From: a virus
Taxonomy: Duplodnaviria; Caudoviricetes
IMG/VR virus record: IMGVR_UViG_3300021387_000573
Span: 32,001 to 96,000 of that record
DNA length: 64,000 nt
Reading direction: 5' to 3' (one strand)
The notes under the pieces were generated by a model, which ran no database searches, was not told where the DNA came from, and worked only from the letters and a program-made list of their open reading frames with translations. Below are positions 1-8,839 of the stretch, piece after piece. Within the stretch, counting starts at the first letter, position 1, and each line of letters starts with the position of its first letter. Both the position numbers and the translations under genes were made by a program.

Positions 1-1051
1 ATGTGATAGAAGCCGATTCATACCCGTCTGCACTCAAAGTCAGCACGAATGAATTGTTCACCAATTTCTTGTTGTTGGCGGAAATCACAATCGCGTTCTC
101 TGCGTACTCGATGTCCAATAATTCGGACAAGTCGCCGACAATGCTCCACTCGGGTGCTACATCGGACACCACTTTCCCGTCAACATCATAGAACCTTGCG
201 ACGAATGCGACTGGCTCAATGTCGTTATAGATCACTGGCTCCTCGCAAACGATCTCGCAGGAGCGTGAAGTGATGCCGTCATTTTCGGCGACAGGCACAT
301 CGCACAGCCAATAGCCTGCTCCATCGATGACATAGTACCCATCGTCTTTGTGTTGCTCGTCCTGCGTCACCATGATCTGGTGCAGACCACTGTCCTGATA
401 GTCGTACAGAACAGAGTCAACGCGAGTGACGTTGTAAGTAATAACCGGATTCGATGTATCGACCGACACGGAATCGTCAAATGACTTCTCGTAGATCTTG
501 CACCGCCTGTCGATCACAAAGCGCTTGTTCTGCGTAATCATCAGCGACTCGTCGTCGTCTGGCAACGAGATCAGCAACTGGTCGGAGCGGATCGTATAAT
601 CTAAATTCACATGCTCGCCGTTGTTGTATTGCGAGGCTGAGATGACATTCGCCCAGCGTTGTATTGGCTTACCGGCATCATTCAGCCAAGAAAGTTGATA
701 GTTGCAGATAGATAAAATAGCCTTTTCATAAATGCCATTATCATCTACGATACCGACAATCAGCCAGAACCGACCCTTCACCTTAGCGTACATTCCCGCA
801 TGGCAAGAGCCAATCGGCACCAGCAGATGTCGCACGAGAGTTTTCAGTTTGGTGTCAGTCAGCCTATTATTAAAAATTGCCCGAATGGCAGTACATTCGG
901 ACAAGTCATAATTATAAAGCTCTACATCCAGAGCTACATCAGATTCCAGCGCTTCAAGAAAACCTTCTTCGCCAAAGTCGTTCAGCGCTTCGCTTTCAAA
1001 GCCGCTCAACTGCATATGTGGCGGTCGCATCAAATACCAACTTTGTGCCAT
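1..1051 (-). CDS. Virion neck/head-completion protein (partial; runs off the window start)
   Basis: ATG at 1051 with AGGTGAG RBS; frame (MAQSWYLMRPPHMQLSGFESE...) stays open to the window edge, so it is missing from the ORF track; lies downstream of capsid in the head-tail operon. Confidence 0.55.
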   Translation of the reverse strand, partial: MAQSWYLMRPPHMQLSGFESEALNDFGEEGFLEALESDVALDVELYNYDLSECTAIRAIFNNRLTDTKLKTLVRHLLVPIGSCHAGMYAKVKGRFWLIVGIVDDNGIYEKAILSICNYQLSWLNDAGKPIQRWANVISASQYNNGEHVNLDYTIRSDQLLISLPDDDESLMITQNKRFVIDRRCKIYEKSFDDSVSVDTSNPVITYNVTRVDSVLYDYQDSGLHQIMVTQDEQHKDDGYYVIDGAGYWLCDVPVAENDGITSRSCEIVCEEPVIYNDIEPVAFVARFYDVDGKVVSDVAPEWSIVGDLSELLDIEYAENAIVISANNKKLVNNSFVLTLSADGYESASIT

Positions 1052-1059
1052 AACTCACC

Positions 1060-1464
1060 TCAATTGTAGGCGGTAGGCTTCTGATTGGCCGTCATGATGG
1101 TCGCCTTGACAACGTTATAATCGAGCTCGTTCTTCGCAGCGGTCTTTGACCCGTTGTTTCCGTCAATGCTCAGATCTTTGGACACTATCGAAACGCGCTT
1201 ATTCACTTTGGAAACCTCGCGCTCCATATAGTAGACCTTCATCATCTGAGCCAAGGTATCAATCACATACTGGTCAATCACACCATCGAACGTTTCCTCG
1301 CCCACGAGCGAAATGGGCTCTATTTCTACGGAATATTGAGCGACAGCTTTTTTCAGCCAAAGCAATTCAAGTTCGAGCGGGATGATGCTCTTATCTTGGA
1401 ACGAGGCTTCAAAGCTGTCGATTACTTCGTCAGCGCTGGTCGGAGTGACAGTGTTCTCGTCCAT
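1060..1464 (-). CDS. Putative head-tail connector/adaptor protein
   Basis: 134 aa, AGGAGGTG RBS; size and position downstream of capsid. Confidence 0.5.
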   Translation of the reverse strand: MDENTVTPTSADEVIDSFEASFQDKSIIPLELELLWLKKAVAQYSVEIEPISLVGEETFDGVIDQYVIDTLAQMMKVYYMEREVSKVNKRVSIVSKDLSIDGNNGSKTAAKNELDYNVVKATIMTANQKPTAYN

Positions 1465-1482
1465 AAGAACACCTCCTATCTT

Positions 1483-1971
1483 TTACAGGCGATAACCCGT
1501 ATGTTCTTCTGCAAATCGGATCTTGCGATAATCGTTGATGCCAAGACGTTTGATTGCATCCAGCACAGCCAGTTGTTCAGAGCTAATCTGGAAAGCATTC
1601 TTAAACGCTGCTTCAAATTCGCTCTGATTCTGAATGCCGAAAACTTCCTGCACCAGTTCGTCGCTAAAACAGAGTTGCTTCTGCGTGCCGTCTTCGCTCT
1701 CGAAACCGCACTCTACGCGGGTGGGAGCATCGTCAATCAGAAGCGTAGCGTGGCTGCCTTTGCCATCCGTGCCAGTAAACAGTTTGTTTCCGTTATTGCA
1801 CTGCGAGATAATCTCATTGCGTGGCAGACGAAAAGTGCCTTTCGGTGAAAATGTCACGTCGGCGTCAATATCGGTGCGGTGAAATCCGGTGTTCCACTCA
1901 GCAATACTGCGCACCGTTACCTTCTTGTCAAGATCCAATTCTTTCTCTCTTGCAGTTCTTGTTCCTGCCAT
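1483..1971 (-). CDS. Hypothetical virion-associated protein
   Basis: 162 aa ORF in the head operon; no motif recognised. Confidence 0.45.
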   Translation of the reverse strand: MAGTRTAREKELDLDKKVTVRSIAEWNTGFHRTDIDADVTFSPKGTFRLPRNEIISQCNNGNKLFTGTDGKGSHATLLIDDAPTRVECGFESEDGTQKQLCFSDELVQEVFGIQNQSEFEAAFKNAFQISSEQLAVLDAIKRLGINDYRKIRFAEEHTGYRL

Positions 1972-2004
1972 TTCTTAACCCTCTTTCAACTAAGTCAAAT
2001 GATA

Positions 2005-2193
2005 TTAATTAAACTTGTGCTTCATTTCGTTGTAGGATGCAATAATCCTGTCAAGACGCTCCGACTTCTGGAAGACCCAGTAGCGTTTGCCAGTGTTGCT
2101 GTTGATCCGTGAGTCAAAGCACTTCTCAGAAAAGGCGCTCAAATAATGGAAAAGCCTGAAAGAATAACAATAAAAGTTTGAACTATTTTCCAT
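2005..2193 (-). CDS. Small DUF5659-like protein
   Basis: FYCYS..L..YL and YWVF....LD..I pattern; paralog of 8588-8833. Confidence 0.5.
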   Translation of the reverse strand: MENSSNFYCYSFRLFHYLSAFSEKCFDSRINSNTGKRYWVFQKSERLDRIIASYNEMKHKFN

Positions 2194-2206
2194 TATGAAA
2201 CCTCTA

Positions 2207-3154
2207 TTATTTTTGCAATTTCGTCGATAAGATATCTTCTATGCGATTGAAATCCCAGTACCAAATCTCAAGGAGGTCGATGCCATTTTCGGAAACATAT
2301 TCCTTCTTGCGTCTATCGTGCTCTTGTAGTGTTTGGTACTTCTCTTCGCTCTGATAACCAACCGATCCATCATGAAACTCTCCCTGATATTCAATCAGTA
2401 GATTCTCAGACGGAAGAAAGAAGTCAAAGCGTAGCGGACGACCACCAAAACCATTTAGCCCGTCGAATCTTTTCTGCGGGTCATAGTCGATATTGTGCTC
2501 TTTCAGGTAGTTGCGGATCTTCGCCTCCCCACGAGACAGATAGCAATCTGGACATGCACTTGCCTTCCTCTTATCTATCAATTGGTGAGCCCTTGTTTCC
2601 CAAACTCTACCACAGATCTTACACTTGCATGTGATAGGCAACTCATCTTTTTGATACTTTGATATCACATCAAATGTGTCCCAGTTGAGATTATACTTTC
2701 TTATTTCGCCCATGAATTGTTCGTGCGACTTGATTCTCAAATTCTGCACATATCGCATAGCGCATGGTTTGCAAGCATTCCCAGCCATAAGTGCATCAGG
2801 ACATGCATCCCAAACATGCCCGCATTTGGCACATTTGACTTTTACTTTTGTTTTCATATCGTGATATTGCTCAAGAAAAATAACCTTGTTTGCAACATCT
2901 CCGATTTCAAAAACAAATTGCTCATGCGTCTTGCGAGCGCAACTTGTAACATATTCCTGCGCGCACAATTTGCATCCATGCACAGATTTAAGCACTGCCC
3001 CTGGCGTTACATCGAAAACATAATCATGTAAAGAACACTTCATTGAGATTGGTTTCTTTGCAGTTTGGTACTTCCCAATCACCTCAAGATGCGGATGTAA
3101 ACTCTTTACTTCATCGACGAATTCTTCTTGTGTTTTTCGTTTGCTCAAAGCCAA
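2207..3154 (-). CDS. Zn-ribbon repeat + PD-(D/E)xK (Vsr/DUF559-like) endonuclease, probable homing endonuclease
   Basis: KT/SHEQF-CxxC repeats; C-terminal SRGE...FDFFL...LLIEYQGEFH. Confidence 0.7.
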   Translation of the reverse strand: MALSKRKTQEEFVDEVKSLHPHLEVIGKYQTAKKPISMKCSLHDYVFDVTPGAVLKSVHGCKLCAQEYVTSCARKTHEQFVFEIGDVANKVIFLEQYHDMKTKVKVKCAKCGHVWDACPDALMAGNACKPCAMRYVQNLRIKSHEQFMGEIRKYNLNWDTFDVISKYQKDELPITCKCKICGRVWETRAHQLIDKRKASACPDCYLSRGEAKIRNYLKEHNIDYDPQKRFDGLNGFGGRPLRFDFFLPSENLLIEYQGEFHDGSVGYQSEEKYQTLQEHDRRKKEYVSENGIDLLEIWYWDFNRIEDILSTKLQK

Positions 3155-3168
3155 TCCTCCTTCTTAGT

Positions 3169-3196
3169 AAAAGCCCCACCGGAAATCCGGTGGGGC
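3169..3196 (-). terminator. Rho-independent terminator after major capsid gene
   Basis: GCCCCACCGG/CCGGTGGGGC hairpin followed by a T-run on the minus strand. Confidence 0.75.
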
Positions 3197-3250
3197 ATAA
3201 TCTAAGAGGTGGCAGGTGGCTATCCTGCAAATCCTCTAAAAAGGAGAAAA

Positions 3251-4342
3251 TTAGCCGAGGTTGGTGTCTTTGAGCAGGCCAATTTCAAACTCGTGGCCTT
3301 TGGCAACATCACAGCCAACTTCCAAATCGAAGCGGCTCAAAATTCTACCAGTCTTCACATCGTTGCCGCTGAAGGTGGTCAGGCCGCCACGGGTGTAAGT
3401 GGCAATGGGAGACTTACCGCCGGTGGGCAGCACGAAGGCCAGACCCTGGGGCAGCATGGTGGCGAAGTTGTCGCCAGCCGCATTCTTGGAGGTGAAGTCA
3501 TAGGGATTATCCATCTCAGCAAGCACGGAGCCGTTGTACATGCCCAGCAGGCCATTCTGCTGCAGCTCGTTCATGGCCTTCTCGGAAATACCGAGGATGG
3601 TATTGGAGTTGATGGAGCCAACATAGCCAGCCCAAGGAGTGAACTGGGAAATCATAGCATAGTCGCCGATAACGGTAGGACGGCCAATGCGGCGCACCTT
3701 GCCAAGCACGTCGTCAACGCCCTGCTTGGTCAGGCCGGCACCCTGGAAAGCGTACTTCACGCCGGTGGCATTGTAGATCGCGTTGTAAACCTTATCAATA
3801 ATGGCAGCCTTGGCGCGGTTCATGATGTCAACGCGCACCTGCGCCATGCCCTCGTTCTCCTTGGACATATCGCCAAGAGCAACACGGCGGTAATCAACCT
3901 GATAGCCACCGGAAACAGTCCAGGTAGCGACAGGATAGGTCTCTTTGACGAGAGAGGGGAACACAACGTCGCCGTTCGCGGCCTGCTCGCGGGACTTCTC
4001 GCCAACATGCTTCCAGACCTCGCGCTCGATGCTCTCATCCCAGCCAACATTCTGGTAAGAACCAAAGATACCGAGGAGCTTGATCTCTTCCATCAGCAGA
4101 GGCTCAACGACCAGGCGGCGGATGGAGTTCAGTTCGGAAATAGCGGAGTAGTCGCCGTTCGTGGCACGCTCGCCAAGAGCCTTGATATAAGTGACAGCCT
4201 TGTCAGCCTTGGCACCAAAGCGATCCAGAGACTCGCCATTGGCCATCGCGGCAAAGACCTCTACAACAGGGGAGTGAGCATTGAGCTGGCTGTTGACAAC
4301 GATGTCCTTGCGCTCGTTATTCATCTCAAAAGTAGTTTTCAT
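3251..4342 (-). CDS. Major capsid protein
   Basis: 363 aa, strong codon bias, follows portal-protease-decoration genes and precedes a terminator; SPbeta YonB-like position. Confidence 0.8.
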   Translation of the reverse strand: MKTTFEMNNERKDIVVNSQLNAHSPVVEVFAAMANGESLDRFGAKADKAVTYIKALGERATNGDYSAISELNSIRRLVVEPLLMEEIKLLGIFGSYQNVGWDESIEREVWKHVGEKSREQAANGDVVFPSLVKETYPVATWTVSGGYQVDYRRVALGDMSKENEGMAQVRVDIMNRAKAAIIDKVYNAIYNATGVKYAFQGAGLTKQGVDDVLGKVRRIGRPTVIGDYAMISQFTPWAGYVGSINSNTILGISEKAMNELQQNGLLGMYNGSVLAEMDNPYDFTSKNAAGDNFATMLPQGLAFVLPTGGKSPIATYTRGGLTTFSGNDVKTGRILSRFDLEVGCDVAKGHEFEIGLLKDTNLG

Positions 4343-4378
4343 CTATGTAGAACCTTCCTTTCAAAGCATTTACGCTGA

Positions 4379-4774
4379 TTACTCAACAGCGCCGATCTTC
4401 ACGATCACAGCGTCGCCGGTGAGCTGGGTCTTGGCAACGGCTGTGAAGGAAACGGTAGGAGTGCCAACCAGATAATCGGACTTAAAAGTCACGGCATCGC
4501 CAGCCTTCAGACCGGCATAAGCGTTGGTGATGTGCTTGGCATCCACAACCAGCTCCTGGCCGATGTTCGCGCTCAGGTTGAAGCCGTTCAGAAACTCGCC
4601 GGCGGGGATCACAACGTCATCCTTGTAAGCGTCGTCGCCGTTGATGGTGTTCCAGATCATGTAGGTTTCGCCATCAGCAACAAAGATGGAGCCGTTCTTA
4701 ACAGCGGCATTGTGAGTCAGCACGGGGTTATTCTTGGCGATCTCGATCTCGCCAACAGTGCGGAATTTAACCAT
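4379..4774 (-). CDS. Capsid decoration/minor structural protein
   Basis: 131 aa, beta-rich, between scaffold and capsid. Confidence 0.55.
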   Translation of the reverse strand: MVKFRTVGEIEIAKNNPVLTHNAAVKNGSIFVADGETYMIWNTINGDDAYKDDVVIPAGEFLNGFNLSANIGQELVVDAKHITNAYAGLKAGDAVTFKSDYLVGTPTVSFTAVAKTQLTGDAVIVKIGAVE

Positions 4775-4802
4775 TTGTATTTACCTTCCTTTTCTTAAAG
4801 CA

Positions 4803-5999
4803 TTAAAAAATGCTGGTGTCTTCGTCATCCTTGGATTCCTCAACGGCACCAAAGATGTCATCGACATCAGCGTTCGCGGAGTTCTGCTCCACAACAACAG
4901 CCTCGGCTTCGGCAGCCTTGGCATTCTTACCGATCTGCTCGTAGATCTTGCTCACAACAGCATTGATCTCAACGCTCATCGGATCTTCCTCAAAAGCCTT
5001 CATCTCTTCAGCAACGCAAGCCTTCTCCTCGTCGGTGAACTTGGACAGCGCTTCGTTCATCTCACCAACACGCTCACGAGCCTGAGCCTCGCCAAGCTGC
5101 TTGCGCAGGGCCTCTGCTTCAGCATACAGACGAGACATCTCCTCATCCTTCTGACGCATTTCTTCGTGAACCTGATCGAGCGCCTCCTGAATCTTCTGGG
5201 CGCTGGCAGTCGCTTCATTCTTCTCGGCGATAGCGGTATCGCGGGCTTCATTCGCCTCGGCGACCTTTGTCTCGCACTCAGCCTTAATCTGCTCAATAGT
5301 AGACTTCTGGCTATTCAGTTCAGAGACGGTCTGCTCCACCAGAGACTTAATTTCCTCAGCAGTCATCTGATTGCTTTCCTCCTTATTCTCGTTGATTTCC
5401 AATAAAACTGCGGACGGGTCAGCTTCCTTAATAGACAGGATCGCATACCCGCTGTACTGATAGAATTGTGGTGTTCGTGACTCTTCGTGATATCCATTCT
5501 CGTAGATGATCGCGTCATGTTCAGAATCCTTGATGATTTCTACGCTGCCATGGATAGTTTCGCCGCTTTCAAAATCTGCCTCCAATTTTTCCACGTAGGC
5601 CGGATAGCACATCGCATCCACAACACCATAACCGACAAGGCATCTGCGAACATCGCCTTCGCCAAACTCAACATCCTCGATCTCGGCCTTTTTGAAATGA
5701 CCGATTACAGTCGCGTCTTCAAAATGAGGAAGCATGTCAGCGCCAATATCAGTCGCGCCGTGCCCCCAAGTTTCAATACGGTCGTCGTCCAAAAATTCCA
5801 CACGGATGCTTTTGTCTGCGACAGAATCCTTGTTTGCCTCAACCCACTTCTCTCGCCATGCCAAACCGTTCAGGTTTGTCTGACTGCCAGTGCCATCTGA
5901 GGAGAATGTGTCTTCTGGATAGATTTCATGGAGAACAATTCGGATATCTCGCATGCCGTCTTTCGCTTTCTTGTTTGAAAGTTCAAATCGTTTTATCAT
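4803..5999 (-). CDS. Prohead protease/scaffold protein
   Basis: N-terminal protease-like domain (GHG, GSVEI) plus acidic coiled-coil C-terminus; between portal and capsid. Confidence 0.7.
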   Translation of the reverse strand: MIKRFELSNKKAKDGMRDIRIVLHEIYPEDTFSSDGTGSQTNLNGLAWREKWVEANKDSVADKSIRVEFLDDDRIETWGHGATDIGADMLPHFEDATVIGHFKKAEIEDVEFGEGDVRRCLVGYGVVDAMCYPAYVEKLEADFESGETIHGSVEIIKDSEHDAIIYENGYHEESRTPQFYQYSGYAILSIKEADPSAVLLEINENKEESNQMTAEEIKSLVEQTVSELNSQKSTIEQIKAECETKVAEANEARDTAIAEKNEATASAQKIQEALDQVHEEMRQKDEEMSRLYAEAEALRKQLGEAQARERVGEMNEALSKFTDEEKACVAEEMKAFEEDPMSVEINAVVSKIYEQIGKNAKAAEAEAVVVEQNSANADVDDIFGAVEESKDDEDTSIF

Positions 6000-6032
6000 T
6001 CACACCACCTTTCTGATCGAAGTTTTATATAT

Positions 6033-6066
6033 AAAAAGAGACCGGCTCATTCGAACCGATCTCTTA
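6033..6066 (-). terminator. Imperfect hairpin terminator after portal
   Basis: AAGAGATCGG...CCGGTCTCTT followed by T-run on the minus strand. Confidence 0.45.
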
Positions 6067-6083
6067 TTAACGGATTGCACTCT

Positions 6084-7697
6084 TTAGTTGTCAGAAGGAG
6101 AGGGGAGTGCGTTGCCGTCATTAGCCCTCGACCTTGCCGTGTTGTCTGTGGGATTGTCCGTTTCCGGACGCCCACCTTTATCGTCCGCAGATTGCGTATA
6201 GCTCGTCCTGTGTACGGGCCAGCGGTTCTCCCAGTCGTTCTCTAATTCAAAATCAAGCATAGCTTCGAAAATGTCAGGAGAAATTCCGCAAGATGCCGCC
6301 CAGAATGCAAGACTACCTTTTCCTTGCAGGTACAATTCCTTAGCAAACCCAACCATCTCTTTTTTGTTTACATGGGTGAGCGGAAGATAGCGGACTTCCA
6401 CACGATTCTTTCTATCGCGGATCACATTGCTTGTGATGACCTTATTGAGCTCCTCGGTGATCTGGTCAATCCACTGGAATACCTCAGATGCAACAAGCTG
6501 GAGGTTGAGAGATTGAGAGGCGTATGCACCACTGCCAACACCATTTAACAGCGCAGATGCTAAACCGAGGTCAAGCGCCACATTATCATTGATGTTGTTC
6601 TCGTTCTTTTCATCAAAGATATCCGTATTCTGCGTGTCAAGCGAATCGATCTTTGTCCCCGCTGCAACAGAGAAGAAATTAGTACCGCCACGAGAGTTCT
6701 TTGTAAATATCGCTTCCTTGATCGTGTCATGCTGCGCTTTCTGCTGCTTCTGTGTCAGGGCGCTCACGCCCTTGGTAGCGGACTCGGGGAATGTCTCGAA
6801 GATCACACGGTTATTCAGATCATCCAGAATCCCACGCTTTGTATCCGTGAAATAATCCTTATAGAGAATATCGCGAATTGCAGCAAGCACCAGAGGACGA
6901 CCATAGCGTTCCTCACGCTTAGAGCGGATTTTCAGCACGAGAGTTTTGCTGTTGTCAAGGACAACCCAATTCTTTGCGTCTTTTTTGCCAGTATGTTTCG
7001 CGTTCCACGCATCCCGGATTTCCTTTGGCCACTTGCGGACTGCCTGATCTGCGTTCTCCAAGCGATGATCGAAATAATCCAAGTTAAAAGCAATCACATA
7101 AGAGTTGTTCTTAAACCCTACAATCTTTGTGTAATCAGCGGGAAGCGCATGACAGTAGGCATTTAGGCCGATGTCATTGATCTCCACGATACTGTCAACA
7201 TCGAAGTCCGACATCGTTTTCTGCTTGGAAAGCGGACGCTCTGCGGTCTCAAAGTAGTAGTACGCTGCACCCTCGACCATACCTTTCCAAAGCATATCCC
7301 TGATAATCTCTTTATGCCGAATCGTGCGCAGAGTGGATTCCATCAGTTCTTTGTTCCGTTTTCGTTTCTCTTTGCTCTTGCCATATGGCACAATCACACT
7401 GTCCAGCGTTGGCAGAGCACACATATAGTCAACCGTGTTCGTATACGAACCGTTTGTACCATAGAGCATAAGAGAAATTTCACGCAGAATCTGGTTGTTA
7501 CCCATTGGGTCTTTGACAAGAGCAATCAGGTCTTCTGGCTTGTACACATCCAGAATATTCATACCGAAGTAGAATGAACTGTATGTATAGGCGTCACCGT
7601 AAGAGTTGAACTCATTTACTGGAGCAACGTTCTGCTTCTGTTTGCTTTGTCTGTTTCTTGGGGGACGATTGTTCCCATTGTTATTTGTTTCGGGCAT
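6084..7697 (-). CDS. Portal protein
   Basis: About 537 aa downstream of terminase; RYGRP motif; C-terminal GGRP tail typical of portals. Confidence 0.8.
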   Translation of the reverse strand: MPETNNNGNNRPPRNRQSKQKQNVAPVNEFNSYGDAYTYSSFYFGMNILDVYKPEDLIALVKDPMGNNQILREISLMLYGTNGSYTNTVDYMCALPTLDSVIVPYGKSKEKRKRNKELMESTLRTIRHKEIIRDMLWKGMVEGAAYYYFETAERPLSKQKTMSDFDVDSIVEINDIGLNAYCHALPADYTKIVGFKNNSYVIAFNLDYFDHRLENADQAVRKWPKEIRDAWNAKHTGKKDAKNWVVLDNSKTLVLKIRSKREERYGRPLVLAAIRDILYKDYFTDTKRGILDDLNNRVIFETFPESATKGVSALTQKQQKAQHDTIKEAIFTKNSRGGTNFFSVAAGTKIDSLDTQNTDIFDEKNENNINDNVALDLGLASALLNGVGSGAYASQSLNLQLVASEVFQWIDQITEELNKVITSNVIRDRKNRVEVRYLPLTHVNKKEMVGFAKELYLQGKGSLAFWAASCGISPDIFEAMLDFELENDWENRWPVHRTSYTQSADDKGGRPETDNPTDNTARSRANDGNALPSPSDN

Positions 7698-8622
7698 AAT
7701 CACCCTCCCTTCTTATCGCTTTATCGAGTATTTGTGAGATATTATCGAAATCCCAATACCATATTTCCAGCAATCCGATGTTATTTTCCTCGGCAAATTC
7801 ACGCTTACGTCTATCGTGCTCTTCCTGCCGTTCCAAAGCTTCTCCTGTTTTATAACCGCCAAGAGTAGTCCCATCATGAAATGCGCCCTGATATTCAATT
7901 AATAAATTGTAATCAAGAAGAAAGAAATCAAACGATAATTTGCCGCCATTCAATCCATATAAACCATCGTAAGATTTCTGATATTGATACCTGATACCAT
8001 TAGCATCAAGGTATTTCCGCACTTCTCTTTCCCCATGAGACTCCTGACAAAAAGGGCACCCTGTACCACGCAAGAGGCCATCTGGCCTTGCTGTCCATGT
8101 ATTTCCACAATGAGCACATTTGCATTTAACAGGCAATCTTGATCTCTTATATTGCGATATAATCTCTATATATGGATTTATCTTTTTTAATTCGGTCACA
8201 AATTGCTCGTGCGGTTTTCCCTTCCTATACAATTCCCCCGCACACATTGGGCATCGCCTACCGTTTAATAGCATCTGAGGATACTGTTCCCATTCATGCC
8301 CGTCAATTTTGCAGCGGCACCTAACCTTAGTTGCAAAATTGTAATAATCTGACAATAATTCAACATCTGGATTGGCTTTTGAAAGTTCATCAATAAATCG
8401 ACCACTTGTCCATGCAAGTTTGTTATGAGCACTTTTTCTTGCGCACATTGGGCATCCGTGCCCAGTCAATAACGAATTTGGTTTTACACTCCATATATGC
8501 CCACATACTTCGCATTCACACATGATTTTCGTCGATACATTCACATAACGATCTAAAACATGAATTGTCTGGTTTTTAAGCTCCAAATCAGCGACAAACT
8601 GCTCGTGCGTTTTCCGTTCCAT
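7681..8622 (-). CDS. Zn-ribbon repeat + PD-(D/E)xK endonuclease, probable homing endonuclease
   Basis: KTHEQF/CxxC repeats; SHGE...FDFFL...LLIEYQGAFH; paralog of 2207-3154; ATG 8622 after GGAGG. Confidence 0.7.
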   Translation of the reverse strand: MERKTHEQFVADLELKNQTIHVLDRYVNVSTKIMCECEVCGHIWSVKPNSLLTGHGCPMCARKSAHNKLAWTSGRFIDELSKANPDVELLSDYYNFATKVRCRCKIDGHEWEQYPQMLLNGRRCPMCAGELYRKGKPHEQFVTELKKINPYIEIISQYKRSRLPVKCKCAHCGNTWTARPDGLLRGTGCPFCQESHGEREVRKYLDANGIRYQYQKSYDGLYGLNGGKLSFDFFLLDYNLLIEYQGAFHDGTTLGGYKTGEALERQEEHDRRKREFAEENNIGLLEIWYWDFDNISQILDKAIRREGDYARNK

Positions 8623-8833
8623 TATTACCTCCATAGTTTTCCACATAAAAAGAACTGCCAGTTTTTCTGGCAGCCCATTGATTAAGCAATCTATCTAGTT
8701 TTTCATCTCGCACAAAAACCCAGAAATCAGCAAGAGAATTAGGATTCTTCGCAGCAATCTTGTACCTCAGACCATTATCTATTAAATATTTTTTTAAATT
8801 TGCAGAATAGCAACAATAAAGACTTACTTCCAT
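8588..8833 (-). CDS. Small DUF5659-like protein
   Basis: YCCYS.NL..YL and FWVF..DEKLD pattern. Confidence 0.5.
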   Translation of the reverse strand: MEVSLYCCYSANLKKYLIDNGLRYKIAAKNPNSLADFWVFVRDEKLDRLLNQWAARKTGSSFYVENYGGNNGTENARAVCR

Positions 8834-8839
8834 ATATCC

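Noticed and set aside
3209-5405. Long plus-strand ORFs (3209-4378, 4734-5405)
   Set aside because: Antisense shadows of the codon-biased capsid and scaffold genes; no RBS or motifs
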